DNA of 46,830 nucleotides. Source: an uncultured Verrucomicrobiota bacterium (GTDB lineage: Bacteria > Verrucomicrobiota > Kiritimatiellia > CAIQIC01 > Lenti-01). The stretch spans positions 1-46,830 of the forward strand of contig CAZMOR010000323.1 of assembly GCA_964567795.1 (NCBI GenBank), read 5' to 3'. Position 1 is the first letter of the stretch. Every line of letters begins with the position of its first letter. Below the pieces are notes generated by a model. That model searched no databases, had not been told where the DNA came from, and saw only the letters and a program-made list of their open reading frames with translations. The position numbers and the translations under genes were made by a program. Shown in pieces: positions 10,474 through 18,076 of this stretch.

Positions 10474-10652
10474 ACCCAACGACCCGATATTCAACCAACA
10501 GCGATGAACAACCGGTCCGGCGGCCTTACGAGAAGCCGGAGATCAAGCGTGTCGACCTGGCCATGGCCGAAACCCTGTCGCAGGGATGCAAGCTGGAGTC
10601 GGACAACGCCTGTGTCGGGCCGCCGATCACGGCCTATGAGGGAGGTTCGTGA
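10470..10652 (+). CDS. Candidate RiPP precursor peptide (60 aa)
   Basis: Sequence: MNPTTRYSTNSDEQPVRRPYEKPEIKRVDLAMAETLSQGCKLESDNACVGPPITAYEGGS. Its start shares ATGA with the rSAM stop (10470-10473) and its stop shares GTGA with the kinase start (10649-10652). It carries a YEKPEI leader-like motif, two Cys and a C-terminal Ser. I recognise no homology; the call rests on position, coupling and motif anatomy. Confidence 0.6.
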   Translation: MNPTTRYSTNSDEQPVRRPYEKPEIKRVDLAMAETLSQGCKLESDNACVGPPITAYEGGS

Positions 10653-11560
10653 GACCGGCCGGTCATTTGAGCATCGGTCCGGTACGCTTTGAGCTACGAA
10701 CGCCAGACCAGGCTGAAGTGCGGTATTCCGCTCCGGCCTATGCGGGATTTTTCTCCACTTCCGGGGCGGTTGCGGGGTTGGCGCCGCTGCTGGAAATGCA
10801 GGTGGAAATCTCAGCGCGAGCGGAGGCCATTCCGACCAAGCCACCGCTGTGGAGTGGGGGAAAAAACTGGGCGATTTGGGAGGACGGTTCAGAATTGATC
10901 TGTTGCGCGGGATTCCACGGCCGGGAAAAGGCCCGTTATCGATGCCGGCTGGCTCGCGACCTCCGGTCTGCCGCATTAGCTGTTGATCCGCAGTTCTACC
11001 CCGCCGATTATTTGGAATCGCCTTTAACATATCCGCTCGATCAGATTTTGTCGTGGGGGCTGCTTTCACGCCTGGGCGGAACCGTGATGCATGCCGCGGT
11101 AGCCGTGCGCGCGGGAGTTGGCCTGGTGTTTACCGGCCGGAGCGGAGCCGGTAAATCCACGATCTCGGCGCTATGCCATGCGGCCGGCTGGCGGATCCTG
11201 AATGATGACCGGGTCATGGTATATCGGCGAAACGATGCCTGGAGAGTGGCGGGAACGCCGTGGCACGGGTCCGGGCGTTTCGCCGAGGCTGATGATCTTC
11301 CGCTGGGGGGGATATATTTTCTGCAGCAAGCGCCCGAAGACCGCATGGAAACGATGACCGCATCCGAATCCCGCCTGGCCCTGTTGGACGTGGCCGGGGT
11401 CCCGTGGTTCGAAAACAGCTGGTCACAGGGGGTGCTGGAAGGCTTGGCCAAGCTCGTTCGGGATGTCGAAATGCGCCGCTTTTCATTCACCAAATCAGAA
11501 ACAGCCGTCAAGGTTGTTGCGGACGATCAAGAATCCGTCCGGGCAGGTAAATGTGCATGA
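10649..11560 (+). CDS. HprK C-terminal-domain-like P-loop kinase (HprK-related kinase)
   Basis: MHAAVAVRAGVGLVFTGRSGAGKSTISALCHAAGWRILNDDRVMVY closely parallels the HPr kinase/phosphorylase catalytic core (H-G-x-x-v...GxSGxGKS...G..L..DD). The P-loop lies at about nt 11134-11160. It uses a GTG start overlapping the peptide stop. The product is 303 aa. Confidence 0.8.
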   Translation: MRPAGHLSIGPVRFELRTPDQAEVRYSAPAYAGFFSTSGAVAGLAPLLEMQVEISARAEAIPTKPPLWSGGKNWAIWEDGSELICCAGFHGREKARYRCRLARDLRSAALAVDPQFYPADYLESPLTYPLDQILSWGLLSRLGGTVMHAAVAVRAGVGLVFTGRSGAGKSTISALCHAAGWRILNDDRVMVYRRNDAWRVAGTPWHGSGRFAEADDLPLGGIYFLQQAPEDRMETMTASESRLALLDVAGVPWFENSWSQGVLEGLAKLVRDVEMRRFSFTKSETAVKVVADDQESVRAGKCA

Positions 11561-12063
11561 ACAATTTGGCGAAGAGAGAGAAGCGTCAAACGAAACGGCC
11601 GCATGACGAATCTCAACTGCCCCATCCAGCGGCTGCGAGGGGTATCGAGGCGGCAAATTTTTCCATCGCGGCAAACCCATTCTGCAAGCCCCAAAATATT
11701 CTCCAAGTCAACCCACTCGCCACCTGTACAGGCCGCATCACCGGCCATAAAAAGCCGGTTTGTTCGTTTCTTGTTAATTGCGATTCTATGCAGTGCAAAT
11801 CTTCCACAAGTTTTATACAATACGATGCTTCCAAGGTGGAGTGTGCAATTCGCCAAAGGTTTAATCGATACGGTTTCTCCATTTTGGATGGTTGGATTCA
11901 TGCTCGGGCCCAAAGCTTGAAAGCGTACAGGGGTATCGGAGCGCAGAAGCGTTTCGACGATATCACGAGCGACTGGTGCAGGCGGTGACATGTTCCAAGC
12001 GAAGAAGGTATAGCAGGCCATGAACAAGACAAGCATCGTTTTCCAGGCGGGCTGCGCCGCCAT
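11527..12063 (-). CDS. S26-family signal-peptidase-like protein, ER/SipW-type (Ser/His)
   Basis: There is an N-terminal hydrophobic anchor (KTMLVLFMACYTFFAW). ALGPSMNPTI carries the Ser nucleophile (codon 11902-11904). GSIVLYKTCGRFALHRIAI has His where bacterial P-type SPases have the Lys of the KR motif (His codon 11788-11790). G+C is visibly lower than in the neighbours. The start is ambiguous: ATGs at 12063, 12036, 12021 and 11991, the first three overlapping the divergent gene that starts at 12020. The 3-prime end overlaps the kinase 3-prime end by 34 nt. Confidence 0.7.
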   Translation of the reverse strand: MAAQPAWKTMLVLFMACYTFFAWNMSPPAPVARDIVETLLRSDTPVRFQALGPSMNPTIQNGETVSIKPLANCTLHLGSIVLYKTCGRFALHRIAINKKRTNRLFMAGDAACTGGEWVDLENILGLAEWVCRDGKICRLDTPRSRWMGQLRFVMRPFRLTLLSLRQIVHAHLPARTDS

Positions 12064-13909
12064 GATGTGGCTGGCTGGTTCCGCGCCGGTCTTGGCGGCC
12101 TTGCCGACCGGTGAAGCTGTCGTGGCCGCAATGACCGGGCAGGCTCAGGTGCGGGTTTTCACCGGTCCCGTGCATGAGGGCCGGACGGAAGTGAAGGACC
12201 TTTTCGAAGGCGCATCGGTGGGGGAGACCAGTCGGATCATGACCGGTCGGGATGGGCGTTTGTGCATGGTGTGTTCACCCGGGGCCATCCTGTGCGTGGC
12301 GCCGAACACCGAATTTACGATTCAGCAATTGCGCCACACGGCGGAAGGCTTGCCCCGGAACGGAGAGGATTTGATCCGGCGCATTCATTTGGATTTGCAC
12401 AAAGGCCGGCTTCGCGTACATGCCGGGGTGCCCACCGCCACCCTGGATATTCAGGTGGAAACCCCGGCCGGTAGTGTTGTCGCCCAAGGCGGCTCATTTA
12501 TCGTGGCGCAGGATGAGCGTGGAGTATGGCATGTGTCGAGCGAGGCCTATGATCAGGAAGTCATTCCGCGCGGAAACGCACGCACGGCATTGAAGGCGGG
12601 CACTTCCATCCACTTTGCCGGCGGCGAGGCCGGGGGCGACATGGTGGTGCCAGAAGCCGTCGGCGAGCAGGCCGGCCTCTACCAATTCGAACTATGCAGC
12701 TCCTTTTTCCAGGATCTCGAACCTTTTGTGCTCTCGGATCGGCCGTTTGACCGGCAGGGGCTTGATGAATACCTGGGGTCCGGGCGTTCCCTGTCGGTTG
12801 CGGATGATGGCGCCCTGGTGACCGATGTGAGCCCGTCGATCCGGCCCTCCGTGGCGGCAACCCTGCCGGGAAAGCTCCCGCCATTCCCGGAAACCGGGGC
12901 CGGCATGCGTTGGGCGGAGCCGCGCATCTGGAAGTGGTTCGACGAAATCGGTCCCGTGAAGGGCGTCAATTACATTCCGCGCACGGCCGTGAATTCAGTA
13001 GAGATGTGGATGAAAGACACATTTGATCCCCAGACGATTGATCAAGAGCTGGGGTGGGCGCATGACGCTGGCTATACCGCCATCCGCGTCCAGCTGCAGT
13101 ATGCCGTTTGGCAGCATGATCCAGATGGATTCCGCGACCGGGTGGAACAATTGCTGCGGCTGGCGGCGAAGCACGGCCTGCGGGTTGTCCCGGTTCTTTT
13201 CGACGACATGAATTTGGCGGGCCAGGCGCCGGCGTTCGGAACACAACCGGAACCTGTGCCGGGCGTATATAATTCGCGGTGGGTGCCGAGTCCCGCTCCG
13301 GAAGAAGTCAAGAGCCGGACAAGCTGGCCGGAATTGGAAGAATACGTCAAGGACATGGTCGGCAAGTTCCGCCGGGATCAACGCGTGTTGTATTGGGATC
13401 TGTATAACACCGCGGGCAACAGCGGGCTCGGCGAGGAGTCCTTGCCGCTCATGGACCAGGCTTTCGGTTGGGCCCGGGAACAGGAACCGTCCCAGCCCCT
13501 GGCCGTGCCGGCTTGGAATGAGTTCGGCAGTGCCATGACGGCGCACCAATTGGAACGCTCCGATTTGGTTACCTTCCACAGTTTCGATACCGCGGAGGGC
13601 ATGGAGGCCCGGATTCAGCTTTTACAGCGCTATCACCGGCCGATCATCTGCTCCGACTGGCTGATGCGTCAAACCGGTTGCGATTTCAAGTCCGTGCTGC
13701 CGATCTTTGCCGCCAACGGGGTGGGCTGGTTCAACCAGGGGTTGGTCAACGGCAAAACCCAGCTGGGGGTTCAACAGGAGCAATATCGTTCGGAAGCAGA
13801 TCCGGATCTCTGGCAGCAGGATGTTTTGAAGGCGGATGGAACTCCCTATAACGCCCGGGAAGTGGAGCTGATCCAGGGCTTCCGGTATCTGGATGTGCCC
13901 AACCGATGA
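12020..13909 (+). CDS. Secreted fusion protein: N-terminal FecR-like domain plus C-terminal clan GH-A-like (TIM-barrel glycosidase-like) domain
   Basis: A signal-peptide-like N-terminus is present (MNKTSIVFQAGCAAMMWLAGSAPVLAALP). The FecR-like pattern is GASVGETSRIMTGRDGRLCMVCSPGAILCVAPNTEFTI. The C-terminal half (KGVNYIPRTAVNSVEMW...GYTAIRVQL...VLYWDLYNTAGN...RPIICSDWLMR) resembles proteins annotated as cellulase-family or 1,4-beta-xylanase-like. The family assignment is from memory only. Confidence 0.55.
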   Translation: MNKTSIVFQAGCAAMMWLAGSAPVLAALPTGEAVVAAMTGQAQVRVFTGPVHEGRTEVKDLFEGASVGETSRIMTGRDGRLCMVCSPGAILCVAPNTEFTIQQLRHTAEGLPRNGEDLIRRIHLDLHKGRLRVHAGVPTATLDIQVETPAGSVVAQGGSFIVAQDERGVWHVSSEAYDQEVIPRGNARTALKAGTSIHFAGGEAGGDMVVPEAVGEQAGLYQFELCSSFFQDLEPFVLSDRPFDRQGLDEYLGSGRSLSVADDGALVTDVSPSIRPSVAATLPGKLPPFPETGAGMRWAEPRIWKWFDEIGPVKGVNYIPRTAVNSVEMWMKDTFDPQTIDQELGWAHDAGYTAIRVQLQYAVWQHDPDGFRDRVEQLLRLAAKHGLRVVPVLFDDMNLAGQAPAFGTQPEPVPGVYNSRWVPSPAPEEVKSRTSWPELEEYVKDMVGKFRRDQRVLYWDLYNTAGNSGLGEESLPLMDQAFGWAREQEPSQPLAVPAWNEFGSAMTAHQLERSDLVTFHSFDTAEGMEARIQLLQRYHRPIICSDWLMRQTGCDFKSVLPIFAANGVGWFNQGLVNGKTQLGVQQEQYRSEADPDLWQQDVLKADGTPYNAREVELIQGFRYLDVPNR

Positions 13910-15180
13910 GAAGGACCCGGCTCATCTCAGGCCTCTTCGCCGCGATGGCGGTGGCGGATTCTGTCACCGTTTGGGCTGCCAGCGACAGCTATGCCTCTGG
14001 ATTCTATACGCGGGGAGTGGCGGCGGCGGCCAACATTGACCAGGGCAGCGCGGTGATGGAACCCTTCTATATTCCGGCCCCGACCGGGGCGCTGCTGCCG
14101 CGCATCAGCCTGGCGGTGGAACAGGATGACAATGTTTTCCTCGACCCGACCAATGCAACCGCCAATACCACGATCTCGCTGGTCCCCGGACTTTTGGGGA
14201 TCTACGGCCGGCCCACGGCCAACCATCTATATGCCGACTACGGCATGATCATTCCTGTATATGAAAGTGAAGACGGGCTAAGCGACCGCCCCAGCTATCT
14301 TCTGCGTCTGGGCGGTGTCTATCAAACGGGCAAAAGCCAGATCGCTGCCCAGGGCGGATATCGGCGCATCGAGGATGTGGACACGGTGGTGGGTGCGCGT
14401 ATAGCCAAGCAGGACTGGCTTGGTGAATTCGGGGTGGAAAGCCGGATCACGGGCAAATCCAGCCTCGGCCTGCAAGGCCGGGCCGAGGCCCATGTGTTTG
14501 ATGATGCCTTGTATATTGATTACAACCGCTACTATGGCGCCGGGCGGTTGTATCACCGGGTTTCCGCCAAGAGCCAGGCGTTCATCCAGGGTGGCGTGGG
14601 TCGCGATGACCCGCAGGACTCCACCGGCACCGCTGCGGCCGCCGATTTCTACGACCTGTCCCTGGGGGTGCGGGGTAAACAATCCCCCAAATTCAATTCT
14701 ACCGGCCGCGTGGGATATATGTGGCGGAATTATGACGAAGAGGACCGCGGGGATTATTCCCATTGGATTGCCTCCCTGCAGGCGGAAAGCACGCCTTTCG
14801 GCCTGACCACTTTTTCCGGCGAGGTCCTGGCCGATATCCGGCCAGCCATTGATTCCGCGGACACGGATGTGATTGACCAGGGCCTTGTGCTGGGTGCCGC
14901 CCGGCGGCTGTTTATCGAGCGGCTGCGGGGCAATCTCTCGGCGACGCTCGGGCAAATTGATTATTCCGGCGCACGAGATTCGGAATCCGAAAACGGCCGT
15001 ACCGATCGCTACTGGGGATTCTCCGCCGGGGTGGATTGGTGGACCAAACAGCGCTTTTCGCTGGGACTGGCTTATTCCTACATGCGGCGAGAGGGCAGTG
15101 TGGATGCGGATCAGGCGACACAAGATGCCACTTCCTACGAAGTGGGCCGCTGGACCGTGCGCGCGAGCTGGAACTATTGA
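13906..15180 (+). CDS. Outer-membrane beta-barrel protein associated with polysaccharide export
   Basis: It has a signal peptide (MRRTRLISGLFAAMAVADSVTVWA) and alternating-polarity strand-like segments throughout (Y/G/R-rich). The C-terminal WTVRASWNY ends in an aromatic residue, as in OMP beta-signals. The start overlaps the upstream stop (ATGA at 13906), and the gene lies directly upstream of wza/wzc. Confidence 0.65.
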   Translation: MRRTRLISGLFAAMAVADSVTVWAASDSYASGFYTRGVAAAANIDQGSAVMEPFYIPAPTGALLPRISLAVEQDDNVFLDPTNATANTTISLVPGLLGIYGRPTANHLYADYGMIIPVYESEDGLSDRPSYLLRLGGVYQTGKSQIAAQGGYRRIEDVDTVVGARIAKQDWLGEFGVESRITGKSSLGLQGRAEAHVFDDALYIDYNRYYGAGRLYHRVSAKSQAFIQGGVGRDDPQDSTGTAAAADFYDLSLGVRGKQSPKFNSTGRVGYMWRNYDEEDRGDYSHWIASLQAESTPFGLTTFSGEVLADIRPAIDSADTDVIDQGLVLGAARRLFIERLRGNLSATLGQIDYSGARDSESENGRTDRYWGFSAGVDWWTKQRFSLGLAYSYMRREGSVDADQATQDATSYEVGRWTVRASWNY

Positions 15181-15232
15181 CCGCCTGTATTCCGGCATTC
15201 CCATGCAGCCGCGTTTTTGCTAGAAATACAAC

Positions 15233-15904
15233 ATGGAACGGCATTGGTTCAGGACAATCATCGGCGCAAGTGTTTTGGGTTTATGGGCGGCCTGTGCGCC
15301 GGGATGCGCCCATGCGCCGGTGCCGCTGCCGCCGGAGGCCTCCCTGACCCGCGCGGAGGCGGCGCCCGGTGCGCAGGTGATGACAAATACCGCCCCCCGG
15401 GAATATGCCCTGCAGGCCGGGGACGAGATTGATTTGCAGGTTTATCGCGAACCGGACATGTCGGGGACTTTCAAGATCAGCCCTTCCGGCGAGATCCGCC
15501 ATTCCCTGATCGGTACCGTGCCGCTGGTCGGGAAAACCCTGGAAGAGGCGGAAGCCTATATCACCAAGAAGCTGGGGAAGGACTATTTAGTCAATCCCCG
15601 GGTGGTCATCAAGCTGCTCTCCACCCAGAGCTCCCAGATTGTCGTCATGGGGGAAGTGGAAAAGCCTGGAGTTTATCCCTTGCCTCCGGGGGAGCCCATG
15701 ACCCTTTTGCAGGCGATTGCGGTTGCCGGCGGGTTCACCGAACTGGCAAGTCCAGACCGGGTTCGGATCGTCCGCCGCCTGGAGGGCGGCCGCCAGACCA
15801 CCCTCAAAGTTCGTGTTTCGGATCTTTTGGGCGGCAAGGGCCGGCAACAAGACCTGTCCTTGGAACCGAATGATGTAATCATGGTTCCGGAAGTGGTTTT
15901 TTAA
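15233..15904 (+). CDS. wza: Polysaccharide export protein, Wza/Poly_export + SLBB type
   Basis: EYALQAGDEIDLQVYREPDMSGTFKISPSGEIRHSLIGTVPLVGKTLEEAEAYITKKL..YLVNPRVVIKL is Poly_export-like. VVMGEVEKPGVYPL...TLLQAIAVAGGFTELASPDRVRIVR is SLBB-like. Confidence 0.85.
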   Translation: MERHWFRTIIGASVLGLWAACAPGCAHAPVPLPPEASLTRAEAAPGAQVMTNTAPREYALQAGDEIDLQVYREPDMSGTFKISPSGEIRHSLIGTVPLVGKTLEEAEAYITKKLGKDYLVNPRVVIKLLSTQSSQIVVMGEVEKPGVYPLPPGEPMTLLQAIAVAGGFTELASPDRVRIVRRLEGGRQTTLKVRVSDLLGGKGRQQDLSLEPNDVIMVPEVVF

Positions 15905-15919
15905 GGAGGCCGGACAGCC

Positions 15920-18076
15920 GTGACGAATAACACACCGTATATTGCCGGTGAAAGCAGCGGACCGGCCGCAGCGGGGGCTTCCAAATTTCCTGATTGGCGC
16001 GAGGGGCTGGTCATCCTGATTGAGCGGGCCTGGCTGGGCCTGGCCGTGGCCAGTGCGGTTTTCCTGCTATTCACCTTCCAGGCCCATCGCCAGATTCCCT
16101 GCTATCGTAGCACGGCGGTTTTGCTGGTGGAGGCCCAGATCCCCAAAATCCTGAACTATCAGGACATCCTGTCCTACAACACCCGCAATCTGGAGTATTT
16201 CAACACGCACATCAATGCGCTGTACAGCCGCAGCATGATGGCGCAGGCGCTGGAAAACGGCAAATTCTTCGAGCGCCCGGCGTTTTTCCCGGGACTGAAA
16301 TCGAAAGATGAAAAAATCGATGCCGCCCACGGTCTGGTATCGGTCACGCCGGTGGAAAAAAGCCGGATGATTAACATTGCGGTCGAGTATTCCGATCCGC
16401 AGATTGCCAGTGATTTGGCCAATTCCTTGGCGCAATCCTATATCCAGCAGGACCTGGAAATGCGCATGGGCGTTTCCATGGAGGCGATCGAGTGGCTGCG
16501 GGCACGCTCCGAGGAATACCGGGAAAAGCTGGAAAAGGGGCTGCTGGAATTGCAGGAATATCGCGAGCAGACCGGTTCGGTTTCCCTGGAGGAAGATCAG
16601 AATATCGTCATTGAAAAACTCAAGGCCTTGAATGCCGCGCTGACGGCCGTTCAGACGGAGCGGATCCAGGCGGAAACGCTTTGGAATTCGGTCAAAGCCC
16701 AACTGCAGGGCAAGGTGCCTTCGACCAAAATTGCCGCGGTATTGAACGATGCCGGAGTGCAGACCGCACTCCAGAAATTGCAGGACCAGCAGCGGGAGGT
16801 GGCGGGACTGCAGCAGCGTTATCGTGAGCAACATCCGGATCTTCAACAAGCGTTGGAGTTGGAAGTGAAACTGCAAAAGCAATTCGAGCAGAACTGCGCG
16901 GACGCTGTTTATGCCTTGAAGAACCGCTACGAAATGCTGGTGCAGCGGGAGCAAAGCCTGCAGGCCGCGTTGGCGGAACAGGAAAAAGCTTCGTTCGAGC
17001 TGGATCGCAAGCTCGTGCGCTACAACGAACTGAAGCGGAACATCGAGGCCGATCAGGAAATTCACGAGGCCGTTGTTGCCCGCATGAAAGAGGCCAGCAT
17101 GTCGGAAAGCATGCCGAGCGACATCATCCGGTTGGTGGAAGAAGCCCGGCCCGCCAAGGTTCCCTTCCGGCCGCGGCCCGGCCAGGCCATGGTGCGCGGG
17201 GGTGCGCTGGGTTTGATTCTGGGCCTGGCGGCCATCTTCCTTTCCTACTACGCGGATCATCGCTTCCGCCGCAATGAGGAGGTGGAGCGCTTGCTGGGCC
17301 TGCCGGTATTGGCTACGGTGCCCTTGATTGGCGACAAAACCATTTCGGCCCGGGGCATGGTGGCGCATCTGAAGCGTTCCAGTGACGTCGCGGAATCGTT
17401 CCGGACTTTGCGTGCAAGTTTGTTGCTGCGCGAGGATATCCGCAATGCCCCGGTGCTGATGGCGACCAGCGCCGGTCCTGGCGAGGGAAAGTCGCTCATT
17501 TCCACGAATCTGGCGATCACTTTGGCCCAGGACAGCCGGCCCACCTTGCTGGTGGGCGCCGATCTGCGGCGGCCGGTGCTGTCAAAGATTTTCAACGTGC
17601 AACCGGAACATGCCGGCCTGGCGGAAGTGCTGAAAGGTGGCCAGTCCTGGACGGAGGTTTTGTTGCGGCAGGCGGTTCCAAATCTGGATGTGATGTTGTC
17701 GGGGCGTGTGCCGTCGCATCCCGCTGAACTGTTGGGCCATAAATTCCTGGTTGAATTTCTGCGCGAGGCCCGGAAATCCTATCAACACATCATTTTGGAT
17801 GCCCCTCCGGTTTTGGGTGTGAGTGACGCCTTGGTCTTGCTGCCCAATGCGGACGGGGTTCTGTTCGTGGTTCGTTATGGCAACACCCACAGCATGGGTG
17901 CAAGTCATGCGTTGCTCAAGCTGCGGGAAAGCGGAACGCCGTGCTTGGGATGCATCATGAACGGAGTCAATTTGAACTCGGTGGCAAACTACTACTACTA
18001 TCGGCGCTACGGAGGCTATGCCTACCGGAACTACAGCACGCCAACCGGGGATGTCGCACCCCGTGCCGAAGGATGA
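15920..18076 (+). CDS. wzc: Polysaccharide co-polymerase / tyrosine autokinase (Wzc, PCP-2a type)
   Basis: The start codon is GTG. An N-terminal Wzz-like TM segment is followed by a long coiled-coil periplasmic region. The C-terminal P-loop is MATSAGPGEGKSLISTNLA, followed by IILDAPPVLGVSDA. The Tyr-rich tail is NYYYYRRYGGYAYRNY (about nt 17985-18040). Confidence 0.9.
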   Translation: MTNNTPYIAGESSGPAAAGASKFPDWREGLVILIERAWLGLAVASAVFLLFTFQAHRQIPCYRSTAVLLVEAQIPKILNYQDILSYNTRNLEYFNTHINALYSRSMMAQALENGKFFERPAFFPGLKSKDEKIDAAHGLVSVTPVEKSRMINIAVEYSDPQIASDLANSLAQSYIQQDLEMRMGVSMEAIEWLRARSEEYREKLEKGLLELQEYREQTGSVSLEEDQNIVIEKLKALNAALTAVQTERIQAETLWNSVKAQLQGKVPSTKIAAVLNDAGVQTALQKLQDQQREVAGLQQRYREQHPDLQQALELEVKLQKQFEQNCADAVYALKNRYEMLVQREQSLQAALAEQEKASFELDRKLVRYNELKRNIEADQEIHEAVVARMKEASMSESMPSDIIRLVEEARPAKVPFRPRPGQAMVRGGALGLILGLAAIFLSYYADHRFRRNEEVERLLGLPVLATVPLIGDKTISARGMVAHLKRSSDVAESFRTLRASLLLREDIRNAPVLMATSAGPGEGKSLISTNLAITLAQDSRPTLLVGADLRRPVLSKIFNVQPEHAGLAEVLKGGQSWTEVLLRQAVPNLDVMLSGRVPSHPAELLGHKFLVEFLREARKSYQHIILDAPPVLGVSDALVLLPNADGVLFVVRYGNTHSMGASHALLKLRESGTPCLGCIMNGVNLNSVANYYYYRRYGGYAYRNYSTPTGDVAPRAEG

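Noticed and set aside
9086-10652. PQQ biosynthesis operon (pqqD-pqqE-like pair plus a small peptide)
   Set aside because: There are no pqqB, pqqC or pqqF-like genes. The gene order is unlike pqqABCDE. The peptide lacks the E-x3-Y pair of PqqA and is about three times longer.
9086-11560. Lasso-peptide gene cluster (YxxPxL-like leader, PqqD-like B1, HprK-like kinase, NTase elsewhere in the window; a Thr two residues before a possible core with Glu/Asp at core positions 7 and 9)
   Set aside because: No asparagine-synthetase-like lasso cyclase (C protein) or transglutaminase-like B2 protease is present in the window, and an rSAM enzyme occupies the maturase position. The lasso resemblance is therefore treated as shared RRE and tailoring logic, not as a lasso cluster.
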